A stretch of DNA of 55,683 bases from an uncultured Ezakiella sp. (GTDB lineage Bacteria > Bacillota > Clostridia > Tissierellales > Peptoniphilaceae). Below are positions 1 to 9,931 of this stretch, piece by piece. The position numbers were made by a program, and so were the translations under genes. The notes under the pieces were generated by a model. It saw only the letters and a list, made by a program, of their open reading frames with translations. It ran no database searches and was not told the origin of the DNA. Position 1 is the first letter of the stretch. The number at the start of each line of letters is the position of its first letter. Location of the stretch: positions 1 to 55,683 of the forward strand of contig CAMYPV010000001.1 of NCBI GenBank assembly GCA_947293975.1, read 5' to 3'.

Positions 1-283
1 TGTCGACGATTGAGTTCATAAGTGATTCTCGGCTATAGAAGAAATTCAAATATGGCCCAACAGCTTCAACCTTTTCAAAGTACGGTCTAAAATCTACTGT
101 TTCACAAATTTCTTGCGCAATTGCTTGTGGAGCTTTTCTCATTGATTTTGCAAGTGTAAAGCATGGCAAAGCGAGGTCACCCATGCTTCTATCTTGAGGT
201 ATCTCGATAATTTTATTTAATTCTTCTTGCGACAAATTAATCGCATCTTTTAATTTATCTATCAATATATTTTTGTAATCCAT
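1..283 (-). CDS. argS: Arginine--tRNA ligase, N-terminal part (runs off window start)
   Basis: Not in the ORF track. Manual translation from ATG at 283 (SD AGGAGG upstream): MDYKNILIDKLKDAINLSQEELNKIIEIPQDRSMGDLALPCFTLAKSMRKAPQAIAQEI...KVEAVGPYLNFF, the typical ArgRS N-terminal domain. Confidence 0.9.
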   Translation of the reverse strand, partial: MDYKNILIDKLKDAINLSQEELNKIIEIPQDRSMGDLALPCFTLAKSMRKAPQAIAQEICETVDFRPYFEKVEAVGPYLNFFYSRESLMNSIVD

Positions 284-294
284 AATTCCTCCTA

Positions 295-2637
295 TTATTT
301 TAATTTTACAACCGTAACCCCAGTATCGCCTTCACCGACTTTTCCAAGCCTAAACTCTTCAACATGGGGATGTTTTTTTAATAAATCATGAGTCGCTTTT
401 CTTAACGCACCAGTACCCTTACCGTGAAGTATCGTAACTTCCTTTAATCCACTCATAACACAATCGTCAAGATATTTGTCAACTCTGTCATAAAGTTCTT
501 CTGTGTCAACGCCTCGCAAATCAATTTCAGTTTTAATATTTTGTGCCTTAGTATTTCTAAATGAAGACTTCTTTATTTCACTAGATTTATTTTCACGCGC
601 TATGGCAATATCTTTTAAATTTGAATTTACTTTTAAAATTCCAACCTGAACAACCAAATCGCCATTTTCATTTGGCATTTCAACAACCTGGCCTTCTTGA
701 CCAATTGATATTATTTTAACAGTCATGCCGATTATAATATCATCACGTGATACATTCGATTTAGGCTGAGCCTTTTTCTTTTCGCTGTGTAGTCTGTCGA
801 TGTTTTTTCTTATGCTTTGCCTTGTCTCTTGAATTTGTCTTGCACTATCTTTACCAATAGTAGATACAAGTTTGTTTGCATCTTTTATAATCTCTTCATA
901 ATCTCTCTTTGCGTCCTCGTAAATTGCTTTCGCTTGCTCATTTGCTTTTTGCAACTCGCGATTAGCTTTATCTTTTAGCTTTCGAATTTCATCTTTGTCT
1001 TTTGACTGCTGCTCTTTTAGTTCTTTAAGTTTTCTTTCGTACTCTTCCTTTGCGGTTTCAGCATGTTTTTTATTGGCCTCAATTTCTCTTAAGACATTTT
1101 CAAAATCCAGATTATTGTCATTTATATATTCTGTCGCCTTACTAATATACTCATCAGGTAGGCCAAGTTTTCTTGATATTTCAAATGCATTAGATCTACC
1201 CGGAAGACCAATTGTCAACCTGTAAGTAGGCTTCAGGCTCTCAACATCAAATTCCATACTGCCATTAACAACACCATCTGTATTTAATGCATAGAGTTTT
1301 AACTCAGCATAATGTGTGGTGGCAAGAACCTTTACACGCTTGTGCCTTAGAGATTCAATAATGCTCATTGCAAGTGCCGCACCTTCTGTAGGGTCAGTAC
1401 CTGCACCTAGCTCGTCAAACAAATAAAGCGAATCTTGCTCTTGTGATTTTAAAATATCAACTATATTTACCATATGAGATGAAAAAGTCGACAAGCTTTG
1501 CTCTATAGATTGTTCGTCACCAATATCTGTATAAATATTTTTGAAAATTGGAATCTTTGACTCTTCAAGCGCAGGTATAAAGCATCCACTTTGTGCAAGT
1601 AGTGATATGATTCCAACCGTCTTTAGCGCCACAGTTTTACCGCCGGTATTTGGTCCAGTTATTATCAAAACTTTAAGGTCTTCATCCATTTCTATATCAG
1701 TTTTTACAACAACCTCTGGATCTATAAGCGGATGAAACATTTGCCTTATATCAAATGTATTATCATCTGTAAAAACTGGTTTCGTATGACCATTTGTAAT
1801 CGCATACTGTGCTTTTGCGTGCAGTATGTCAAGCTCTGTCATCAAATCGAAATTATAAATTAATTCGTCTTTGCTTCTTCCAATTCTATTTGAAAAATCT
1901 TTAAGAATTCGAGTAATTTCTTCTTCGATTTTTATTTCTATCTCTCTAATTTCGTTATTTATATTTACAATTCTCTGAGGCTCTATGAAATATGTGCCTC
2001 CACTTGCGCTAATATCATGAGTAATGCCAGATACGCTACCTTTGTACTCGCGTTTTATTGGAACAACATATCTACCCTCACGCACAGTAATTATAGTATC
2101 TTGTAAGTACTTTTCATTCTCCTTTGAACTTACAAAAGATTTAAGCTTTTCATTTGCCTCGTCAATCTTCTGAGCTTTCTTACGATATAAACTCCTTAAT
2201 GTCGGGCTTGCATTTTCTGATATGTTTTCTCTATCTACAATTGCCTTATCAAGATCCTTGTACAGGTCCTTGTCGATAGTTATAAGCTCAATCATCTCTG
2301 TTACGAGAGATTTTTCACCAATAGATTGTTTTAAATCAATCGCTAATTTTAATGAATGTAATATATCATAAAGCGGCGATATACCTAAAACGCCGCCTAT
2401 GCTTGCACGCTTAACATAATCTGTATAATCGACTAATCCCCCGAAATACAAATTGCCAACTGTGCCTATTAAATTTATCATATCGTCCAACTTTTTCAAA
2501 GCAAGATCAATTTCTAAAACACCTGTAGAAGGTTCTGTTTGTTTAATAGAATTTTTTCCAGACTCGCTACCTGCAAAGTCTGCAATTAAATTCATTATCT
2601 TATCAAATTCTAATGTTTTTAAAGTTTTCGCCTTCAT
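295..2637 (-). CDS. mutS2: Endonuclease MutS2
   Basis: ITGPNTGGKT Walker A, DEQSIEQSLSTFSSHM, DELGAGTDP, C-terminal Smr domain (IDLRG...HGKGTG). Confidence 0.95.
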   Translation of the reverse strand: MKAKTLKTLEFDKIMNLIADFAGSESGKNSIKQTEPSTGVLEIDLALKKLDDMINLIGTVGNLYFGGLVDYTDYVKRASIGGVLGISPLYDILHSLKLAIDLKQSIGEKSLVTEMIELITIDKDLYKDLDKAIVDRENISENASPTLRSLYRKKAQKIDEANEKLKSFVSSKENEKYLQDTIITVREGRYVVPIKREYKGSVSGITHDISASGGTYFIEPQRIVNINNEIREIEIKIEEEITRILKDFSNRIGRSKDELIYNFDLMTELDILHAKAQYAITNGHTKPVFTDDNTFDIRQMFHPLIDPEVVVKTDIEMDEDLKVLIITGPNTGGKTVALKTVGIISLLAQSGCFIPALEESKIPIFKNIYTDIGDEQSIEQSLSTFSSHMVNIVDILKSQEQDSLYLFDELGAGTDPTEGAALAMSIIESLRHKRVKVLATTHYAELKLYALNTDGVVNGSMEFDVESLKPTYRLTIGLPGRSNAFEISRKLGLPDEYISKATEYINDNNLDFENVLREIEANKKHAETAKEEYERKLKELKEQQSKDKDEIRKLKDKANRELQKANEQAKAIYEDAKRDYEEIIKDANKLVSTIGKDSARQIQETRQSIRKNIDRLHSEKKKAQPKSNVSRDDIIIGMTVKIISIGQEGQVVEMPNENGDLVVQVGILKVNSNLKDIAIARENKSSEIKKSSFRNTKAQNIKTEIDLRGVDTEELYDRVDKYLDDCVMSGLKEVTILHGKGTGALRKATHDLLKKHPHVEEFRLGKVGEGDTGVTVVKLK

Positions 2638-4856
2638 TAAACTCCCCTTCTATAATGTCCCGTCGTGTAATCAAAACCTACACTGTCTATTTCTCCAAGT
2701 AAATATTTCATTACCTCGTCAATATTTTTATCAACTTCTATCATAATCATATCCGCATTTATATCGTCAATGTTTTTTGCCATAAATAGCGGTTTTGAAT
2801 TGTAAATCCTGTAAATATTATTAAATTTCTCCACTTTAAATTCTTCGTTTTTTATATCTCTTATATATACTTCATTATTGGCATCAATTTCAGTTTTTAT
2901 TTCTGGATGAACTGCCTTATTCTTCATGGAAATCGTATTTTTATAATATGGAATAATTATATTTGAATAAGTTTTTTGTTTTAAATTATTTATTTCATTA
3001 ATACTAATTTCTCTTGATGGTATAATACTTTTTATATTTAGGCTATTTAAATATTCAATAGCATAAGAGTTGGTGATATTAAGCCCATCTCCTGCAATTA
3101 CTTCGAATTCTCTACACAAGTCAATCAAGCCATAATTATTTACTTCAACCATGTCAACCAATCCCAATTTTAAAAATTCTCTAACCTGTTCACAGTAATT
3201 TTTCGTGCAAATTGAATCGGTAATTAAAATTGTTTTAAATCCATTTTCTTTGTAAAATCTAAAAATTTCTTCATCTATAAGTTCGCAACCAATCCATTTA
3301 AAATTATCACTTAGTTTAATTTTGCCATTTACGATTGCACATAACTCTGGATAAGAGCGCTTTGTATTTTTGTTTTTAATTTTATTAAAATCACTTTTGC
3401 GATTCAATGTATCTTGTGCAATTAGCATTTCAATTGCCGAGCGTCTTGCATCATTTAGTATTGACTTTGGAACAAAAAGTCCATCTTCGAGCAAAATTTT
3501 TATGTCAGAAATTTCAAAAAATGTATCTCCAACTCTTGATAATTGCTCATATAATACACTGTAACCCTTAAATTTATTGGCGTATTCCAATACAAAGTCA
3601 GAAATATATTCAACACTTTTACCGCCTGACTTTGCAATTAGTTTTAAATTTTCTCCAGCTTTTCCACAAACAATAAACTCTAGCGGCAATTTTTTAGGAA
3701 TATTTACATCAGACAAATCATCATAAAGCCGTTCGGAGTAATTTCTGTAAACCTTGCTACCGTCTATACTCTTTACGTCCAGATAAATATTTGCGCCTGC
3801 ATTATAATTTTTATCTAGCTTTATGCCTTGCGATTTTTTATTTTCATCTGAAAATGTAATTCCATCTCCTGCATTTAATTTCTCAATTGTCTTGACAAAA
3901 AATTTCCCTTTATCCCTTGAAATATATCCAACTAACGACCCGATATGTTTTGGAGAATTTTTATTTATAATCTCATCTTTATCGCCGTCAAACAAAAATC
4001 CTTTTGTAAAACCTCTGCTAAAAGCATCTGAAACATTTAATTCCTGTTCGTGATCAATGTTTTTATTATTTAAAATATCATCATAAAATTTTGTAATCGT
4101 GTAGACATACTCTTTTGATTTCATTCTACCTTCGATTTTAAATGAATCAGCAACTCCAACAAGTTTTTTTAAATCAGTTGATGAATTTAAATCCTTCATC
4201 GAAAGATAAAATCCATTTTTATTTGTCTTTTGTCCATTGACTATTAAATCATATCTTTTCCTACAAGGCTGAGCGCAGTCTCCACGGTTTGCGGATCTTG
4301 TGCCAATGCTTGACGAAAAATAACAATCTCCAGAATAACATACGCATAGCGCCCCATGAACAAATACTTCCAAATCTACATCGATATGATTTTTAATGTC
4401 AATTATCTCATCAAGGCTTAACTCCCTTGCAACAACAACCCTATCAAAACCAAATTCGCTCAAGTTTTTAACGGCATATAAATTATCCGCCGTCATTTGA
4501 GTCGATGCGTGGAGCTCAATATCTGGATATAATTTTTTTAAAACACTAAATAGACCAATGTCTTGAACTATAATCGCATCTGGAGCTTTTGAAATAATTT
4601 CATCAATCATTTCAATAAGATTTTCGATTTCCAAATCATACATAATAGTATTTATTGCAACAAAAATCTTTTTACCCATACTGTGCGCATATTTTACAAC
4701 ATAATCAAGCTCATCTAAATCTAAATTTTTTGCAAGCTTTCTTGCGCTGTAAGATTTTAGGCCAGTATAAACAGCATCTGCTCCTGCATTAAATGCAGCG
4801 ATTATTTCATCAAAACCTCCACCAGGAGCAAGTAGCTCTCTGTTATTTTTTGTCAA
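2637..4856 (-). CDS. Peptidase U32 family protein (RlhA-like RNA hydroxylase, long form)
   Basis: ELLAPGG, GADAVY, HASTQM, EVFVHGALCVCYSGDC...NRGDCAQPCR, KIEGRMK motifs. Confidence 0.88.
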   Translation of the reverse strand: MTKNNRELLAPGGGFDEIIAAFNAGADAVYTGLKSYSARKLAKNLDLDELDYVVKYAHSMGKKIFVAINTIMYDLEIENLIEMIDEIISKAPDAIIVQDIGLFSVLKKLYPDIELHASTQMTADNLYAVKNLSEFGFDRVVVARELSLDEIIDIKNHIDVDLEVFVHGALCVCYSGDCYFSSSIGTRSANRGDCAQPCRKRYDLIVNGQKTNKNGFYLSMKDLNSSTDLKKLVGVADSFKIEGRMKSKEYVYTITKFYDDILNNKNIDHEQELNVSDAFSRGFTKGFLFDGDKDEIINKNSPKHIGSLVGYISRDKGKFFVKTIEKLNAGDGITFSDENKKSQGIKLDKNYNAGANIYLDVKSIDGSKVYRNYSERLYDDLSDVNIPKKLPLEFIVCGKAGENLKLIAKSGGKSVEYISDFVLEYANKFKGYSVLYEQLSRVGDTFFEISDIKILLEDGLFVPKSILNDARRSAIEMLIAQDTLNRKSDFNKIKNKNTKRSYPELCAIVNGKIKLSDNFKWIGCELIDEEIFRFYKENGFKTILITDSICTKNYCEQVREFLKLGLVDMVEVNNYGLIDLCREFEVIAGDGLNITNSYAIEYLNSLNIKSIIPSREISINEINNLKQKTYSNIIIPYYKNTISMKNKAVHPEIKTEIDANNEVYIRDIKNEEFKVEKFNNIYRIYNSKPLFMAKNIDDINADMIMIEVDKNIDEVMKYLLGEIDSVGFDYTTGHYRRGV

Positions 4857-5265
4857 CCTTTTTCTCCGTTTGCTTTTGATATTTTTCTTCGAGATTCATC
4901 TTTAATTTTATAATTTCATTATCTCTTTTTCTGATTTCGTTTTGTAATTCTTCGATTTTTTTATTTGATTCATCCAAAGTCGCTTGAAGAGTTTTAGACT
5001 CTGTATCAAAGTTTCCCTTGTCGGCCTCAAGCTCTTCAAGTTTTGAATTTACTGAATTTAATTTATCTTGTGCACCTGCAATTTCATCCGCAACATTTAA
5101 CAAACAAAGTGCGCATGCATCCGCATAGTCCAGTCTAGGATTTTTTATAACAAGTTCCTTGATCTTTGAGTTTACATATTGAGTTAGTCTGTCAATATAT
5201 CTGTCTTCGTAATCACTCGAAACTGTATATTTTCTTCCGTAAATATCAATGTTTGTTCTTTTCAT
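4843..5265 (-). CDS. zapA: Cell division protein ZapA
   Basis: IYGRKYTV...YVNSKIKE...LCLLNVADE plus coiled coil; classic pheT-zapA-mutS2 synteny. Confidence 0.85.
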   Translation of the reverse strand: MKRTNIDIYGRKYTVSSDYEDRYIDRLTQYVNSKIKELVIKNPRLDYADACALCLLNVADEIAGAQDKLNSVNSKLEELEADKGNFDTESKTLQATLDESNKKIEELQNEIRKRDNEIIKLKMNLEEKYQKQTEKKVDKK

Positions 5266-7622
5266 TATCTTAATTTGCCTCCAAAATTTTCTGAAACAAT
5301 TTTTATAATTTCATCGGTAATTGCTTTGATTTCATCTTCTGATAATGTGTGCTCTTTAGAACCTATGACAGCTTGAATAGTCAAACTTCTTGTAAGTTCG
5401 CCAATCTTTGCATCTCTATACTCATCATAGAATAGGATGTCATTTAAATATTCAATCTCTTTAGAGATAATTGATTTTCTAACTTCGCCGAAGCTAATAT
5501 TATTATCAAGTTCGAATGAGAATTCACGCTTAACAGTCGGGAATTTTCCTGGAGCAACATATTCCTTTACCTCAACAATATCATCGATAATTTTATCAAG
5601 ATATAAATCAGCAATATATGTTTTCTTAAGATCAAATTTCTCTAAAACATCTGGGTGAATTTCACCAACAACGGCAATTGTTTTGCCTTTGTATTCAATC
5701 TTTGCCGATCTTCCAGGATGGAAAGTATCGTCTTGTAATCTAGAAATTTCATAGTCTGTAATCTTCAAATATTCAAGCACTGCCCTTAAAGCTTCTGCAA
5801 TATCATAATAATCGCCATAATGCGAATGCATTATTGTTAGATTTGATGATTCAATATAGCCATTATCTTTTTTAAAGCTTTGTGCAATTTCAAAACATCT
5901 TAACTCGCCATTAAATCTTCTTGAGTTTTTAGATGCAATTTCCAAGAAATGAGGAATTGTACTTGGACGCATAATTGAAAATTCTTCGCCAAGTGGATTT
6001 AAAATTTTCACCATATCATCTGTAACTTTAATATTGCAGTCACTTAGAAGTTTCTCGCCTATAAACGAATAGGTAAGAGTTTCCAAGTATCCATATCCTT
6101 GCATAAAATGCCTAATATTATTTATCCATTTTTTTAGTTTTGTTTGATAACCAACAGATAAATCTGATTGAATAGGCTTGTCTTCAATATTGCCATAACC
6201 ATACAATCTGCCAACCTCTTCAATTAAATCCGCCTCGATGCTTAAATCATCTCTAAAAGATGGAACCTCTGATACAATCACATCGCCTTCAAGCTTCGAT
6301 GGAATTTCAAGCAGATTTAATTTGTTAATCATATAATCTGCACTTAATTCAGTGCCGAGCAATGCATTTAATCTATTTGGTCTTAATTTAATTTGAATAG
6401 GTTTATACTCTTCAATCTTGTATTCATTATACGCAATCGATGCGTTGTACAAAGTCTTTGCCAAATATAGCGCACGTTTAATAGCGGTTCTTGGCATAGT
6501 TTTATCAAGAGGTTTTGAAAATCTTGATGCTGCTTCTGAATTCAATCCAAGTCTTTTTGCAGTTGCCTTAATTTGTGTTCTATCGAAGTGTGCCCCCTCA
6601 AACAAAACTGTCTTTGTGTTATCATCTATTTCAGAATTTTCTGCACCCATTACACCAGCAAGAGCAATAATTTTGTCATTTAATTTAATCAAAATATCTC
6701 CAGCTTCAACTTGTCTTTCGGTATCGTCAAGTAATTTAACTTTTTCAGAAGAATTTGCAGCTGTAACATTAATTATAGTTTTGCCATTAGATTTAATTTT
6801 GTCAAAATCAAATGCGTGTAGAGGCACACCTGTTTCTAACATAACATAGTTTGTAATATCAACAATATTATTTACAGGTCTTACGCCCGATTCCATTAAT
6901 CTTGTTTTAATCCAAAGCGGACTTTGTGTGACCTTGACATCATTTAGCATGCCACAAATATATGTGCTTACCTTATCAGTGTCAACTTTAACATCTAAAA
7001 CTTCTTCGCCAATTTTATCTGCACTTTCAATAATTTCAATTTCTTTTCTCTTGATATCAAAAGTTGCTTGTGCTTCAATTGCCATCGACAAAACGCTTAA
7101 GCAATCTGCACGATTAGGTGTAATTTCAAATTCAATCGTATCGTCTTTTAAATTTAGAACTTCAAAAATATCTGCACCTAGTTTTGTATCGCCTGGCATA
7201 ATTAAAAGTCCATCAAGACTTTCCTTTGGAATAACATCCTTTTTAAATCCAAGCTCTTCAAAACTTACAAACATTCCATTTGAAACAATGCCTCTAAAAT
7301 CGTGAGGCTCTATCTTTGTGCCATCAGCAAGAATCGCACCAGGACGTGCAACTCCAACGACATCACCAACTTTCATATTTTTTGCCGCAGTTACTATTAC
7401 ATCTTTTTCTCTTCCAAAATCCACATCACAAACAGTAAGTCTGTCAGCGTTTTCGTGTGCATGCATGGAAGTAATTTTAGCAGTGACAATTCCTTTTACA
7501 TGACTTGAAAGACTAATAACAGACTCAGCATGACTACCAGAATCGCTTAACATTGATGCAATTTGTATAGACGGCTTATTTATATTTACATATTCTTTTA
7601 ACCAATTTAAAGATAATAACAT
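5265..7622 (-). CDS. pheT: Phenylalanine--tRNA ligase beta subunit
   Basis: MLLSLNWLKEY, EITPNRADCLS, RPVNNIVDITNYVMLE, DLIEEVGRLYGY, C-terminal FDX-ACB domain. Confidence 0.97.
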   Translation of the reverse strand: MLLSLNWLKEYVNINKPSIQIASMLSDSGSHAESVISLSSHVKGIVTAKITSMHAHENADRLTVCDVDFGREKDVIVTAAKNMKVGDVVGVARPGAILADGTKIEPHDFRGIVSNGMFVSFEELGFKKDVIPKESLDGLLIMPGDTKLGADIFEVLNLKDDTIEFEITPNRADCLSVLSMAIEAQATFDIKRKEIEIIESADKIGEEVLDVKVDTDKVSTYICGMLNDVKVTQSPLWIKTRLMESGVRPVNNIVDITNYVMLETGVPLHAFDFDKIKSNGKTIINVTAANSSEKVKLLDDTERQVEAGDILIKLNDKIIALAGVMGAENSEIDDNTKTVLFEGAHFDRTQIKATAKRLGLNSEAASRFSKPLDKTMPRTAIKRALYLAKTLYNASIAYNEYKIEEYKPIQIKLRPNRLNALLGTELSADYMINKLNLLEIPSKLEGDVIVSEVPSFRDDLSIEADLIEEVGRLYGYGNIEDKPIQSDLSVGYQTKLKKWINNIRHFMQGYGYLETLTYSFIGEKLLSDCNIKVTDDMVKILNPLGEEFSIMRPSTIPHFLEIASKNSRRFNGELRCFEIAQSFKKDNGYIESSNLTIMHSHYGDYYDIAEALRAVLEYLKITDYEISRLQDDTFHPGRSAKIEYKGKTIAVVGEIHPDVLEKFDLKKTYIADLYLDKIIDDIVEVKEYVAPGKFPTVKREFSFELDNNISFGEVRKSIISKEIEYLNDILFYDEYRDAKIGELTRSLTIQAVIGSKEHTLSEDEIKAITDEIIKIVSENFGGKLR

Positions 7623-7631
7623 TTTTCCCTC

Positions 7632-8654
7632 CTAAAATTGTTCCAAAAATCTCTTGTCATTATCAAAGAGCAATCTTAGATTATTGATATTGTGCTTAAC
7701 CATTACAAGGCGGTCAATACCCATACCAAACGCAAAACCCGTATACTTTTCAGGATCTATGCCGCAATTTCTAAGAACGTTTGGATGCACCATTCCGCAG
7801 CCCAATAGTTCCATTGACCAACCGGTTCCATTACATTTTTCGCAACCCTTGCCCTTGCAATTTGTACAAGTTACATCAACTTCAAAGCTCGGTTCTGTAA
7901 ATGGGAAATAATGTGGTCTAAATCTCGTGTCAAGTTCTTCGCCAAAAAGTTCAATCAAAACAGTTGTTATTGTACTTTTTAGGTTTGCAATTGAAATGTT
8001 TTCATCAACAACAAGACCTTCAATTTGATGGAACATTGGTGAGTGAGTATCGTCAACTTCATCATTCCTAAAAGTTCTACCAGCAGAAACCATTTTTAAT
8101 GGAGCACCGTATTTTTTCATAGCTCTAATTTGAACTGGAGAAGTGTGACTTCTTAAAACATGAGTTTCATCCATATAAAAAGTATCACTCATATCACGGC
8201 TTGGGTGATCTGGAGGTGAATTTAATAAGTCAAAATTGTTTTCAACAGTTTCTATTTCAGGGCCATCTAAAACTTTAAATCCCATCTTTAAAAACAATTC
8301 TTCCAACTGTCTCTTTGTTTCAGATAGCGGATGAAGGTGACCAATTGATTTTTCATTTTTAGGAATTGTAACGTCTAAGTATTCTTTTTTAATATTAATA
8401 GCTTTTTGAATTTCTTTTAATTTTGCAAATTTTTCCTCGATTGAGCTTTCTAAAAAGTCTCTGATTTCATTTGCAACCTTGCCCATCTGTGGACGCTCTT
8501 CAGCAGAAAGTTTGCCCATGCCTTTTAAAATATCAGTTAATTTACCCTTTTTGCCAAGATATACAACTCTTATCTCTTCTATTCCATCAATTGAATCAAC
8601 CGAATCCAATTTCTTTTTAACTTCTTCTCTTAATTGCATTAATAATTCTAACAT
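7632..8654 (-). CDS. pheS: Phenylalanine--tRNA ligase alpha subunit
   Basis: HPSRDMSDTFY, LRSHTSPVQ, FPFTEPS, GFAFGMGIDR. Confidence 0.98.
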   Translation of the reverse strand: MLELLMQLREEVKKKLDSVDSIDGIEEIRVVYLGKKGKLTDILKGMGKLSAEERPQMGKVANEIRDFLESSIEEKFAKLKEIQKAINIKKEYLDVTIPKNEKSIGHLHPLSETKRQLEELFLKMGFKVLDGPEIETVENNFDLLNSPPDHPSRDMSDTFYMDETHVLRSHTSPVQIRAMKKYGAPLKMVSAGRTFRNDEVDDTHSPMFHQIEGLVVDENISIANLKSTITTVLIELFGEELDTRFRPHYFPFTEPSFEVDVTCTNCKGKGCEKCNGTGWSMELLGCGMVHPNVLRNCGIDPEKYTGFAFGMGIDRLVMVKHNINNLRLLFDNDKRFLEQF

Positions 8655-9385
8655 TTTACCTCCATAAATACATACATCGAAATACCAGCAGCAACACCAA
8701 TATTTAAACTCTCAGCGCCACCGTGCATTGGTATAGTAAATCTATTGTTTGCCATATTTATTAAATCAGTACTCAATCCTTTTGATTCATTGCCAAAAGC
8801 TAAAATACACTTACCATTTACTGTGCGTTTTGTATCGCCATGCGGCAATGTAGCAATGAGTGAGTAACCTTCTTTTTGTAACTCTGCAATATTATCTAAA
8901 TTGATTTTATTAAGATTAACTCTAAAAATTGAACCCATAGAACTTCTTATGACCTTGTCATTGTAAAAATCAACCGAATTTTCACTAACAGCAACATCTT
9001 TTATTCCAAAAGCATCCGCCGTTCTGATAATCGTTCCTAAGTTTCCAGGATCTGAAATATCTTCAAGATAAATTATAAAATCCGAAAAAATATTGTTGCC
9101 ATTTTTCTTTTTTACGATTGCGATAAGCTCTCTTCCGCTAACCGTCTGTGAAAGCTTTTTGATAATATCTTCACTCACAACAACCGGTTCAATATTATAA
9201 TCACATAGCAATCTATCTTCAAACTCCTCTGATGAAATCACATCAACAATCTCAGACCCACTTCTTATTGCTTCATCAAGCATCGTAAAGCCTTCGATCA
9301 TAAAATCATCTGACTTTTTACTGTAATTTGCATTTGAAAGTTTTCGAATATGTTTAACTATTTTATTGTTCAAAGATGTAATCAT
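8648..9385 (-). CDS. TrmH/SpoU family RNA methyltransferase
   Basis: DPGNLGTIIRTADAFG, FGNESKGLS, IPMHGGAESLN SPOUT motifs. Confidence 0.92.
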   Translation of the reverse strand: MITSLNNKIVKHIRKLSNANYSKKSDDFMIEGFTMLDEAIRSGSEIVDVISSEEFEDRLLCDYNIEPVVVSEDIIKKLSQTVSGRELIAIVKKKNGNNIFSDFIIYLEDISDPGNLGTIIRTADAFGIKDVAVSENSVDFYNDKVIRSSMGSIFRVNLNKINLDNIAELQKEGYSLIATLPHGDTKRTVNGKCILAFGNESKGLSTDLINMANNRFTIPMHGGAESLNIGVAAGISMYVFMEVKC

Positions 9386-9430
9386 AATCTACCTCTATCA
9401 ATTTATTTTAAATATACTTACATACAATAT

Positions 9431-9459
9431 ATTATACTACTAACGCCCAATAAATTCAA
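9431..9459 (-). promoter_or_regulatory. Sigma-A promoter of the trmH-pheST-zapA-U32-mutS2-argS operon
   Basis: TTGAAT-N17-TATAAT on minus strand. Confidence 0.6.
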
Positions 9460-9481
9460 TCTTTGTATAATTTTTAGCAAT

Positions 9482-9507
9482 AAAAAAGAGAGGTTAAAAA
9501 TACCTCT
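9482..9507 (-). terminator. Intrinsic terminator after smpB
   Basis: GAGAGG/CCTCTC stem followed by a T-tract on minus strand, overlapping the stop codon. Confidence 0.6.
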
Positions 9508-9931
9508 CCAAATTTCTTTTTATATCCTTTTCTTTTATTGATTCACGCTTATCATATAATTTTTTACCACGCGCAACAGCGAGTTCCATCTTCACTCTGC
9601 CGTTTTTTTCATACAAACTTATTGGCACCAACGTCATTCCCTTTAGTTGCACTTCTTGGTTTAGTCTTAATATTTCACGCTTGTTCAATAATAACTTGCG
9701 TTCACGAAGTGGATCTACGTTAAAAATATTTCCTTCTTTGTAAGGGTTTACATGCATTCCAACAACAAACACTTCACCATTTTTTATAGTTACATAGCTC
9801 TCTTTCAAATTTGCTTTGCCTGCACGTATGCTCTTTACTTCTGTGCCTTTTAACTCGACTCCTGCCTCATAAGTTTTCTCTATAAAATAATCATGCCTTG
9901 CTTTTTTATTCTGTGCAAATATTTTCTCCAT
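9494..9931 (-). CDS. smpB: SsrA-binding protein SmpB
   Basis: [41 protein letters not shown]; start moved to MEKIF, which has a GAGGAA SD. Confidence 0.97.
   Translation of the reverse strand: MEKIFAQNKKARHDYFIEKTYEAGVELKGTEVKSIRAGKANLKESYVTIKNGEVFVVGMHVNPYKEGNIFNVDPLRERKLLLNKREILRLNQEVQLKGMTLVPISLYEKNGRVKMELAVARGKKLYDKRESIKEKDIKRNLERYF

Noticed and set aside
9386..9493. tmRNA next to smpB
   Set aside because: The gap is too short and lacks tRNA-like ends.
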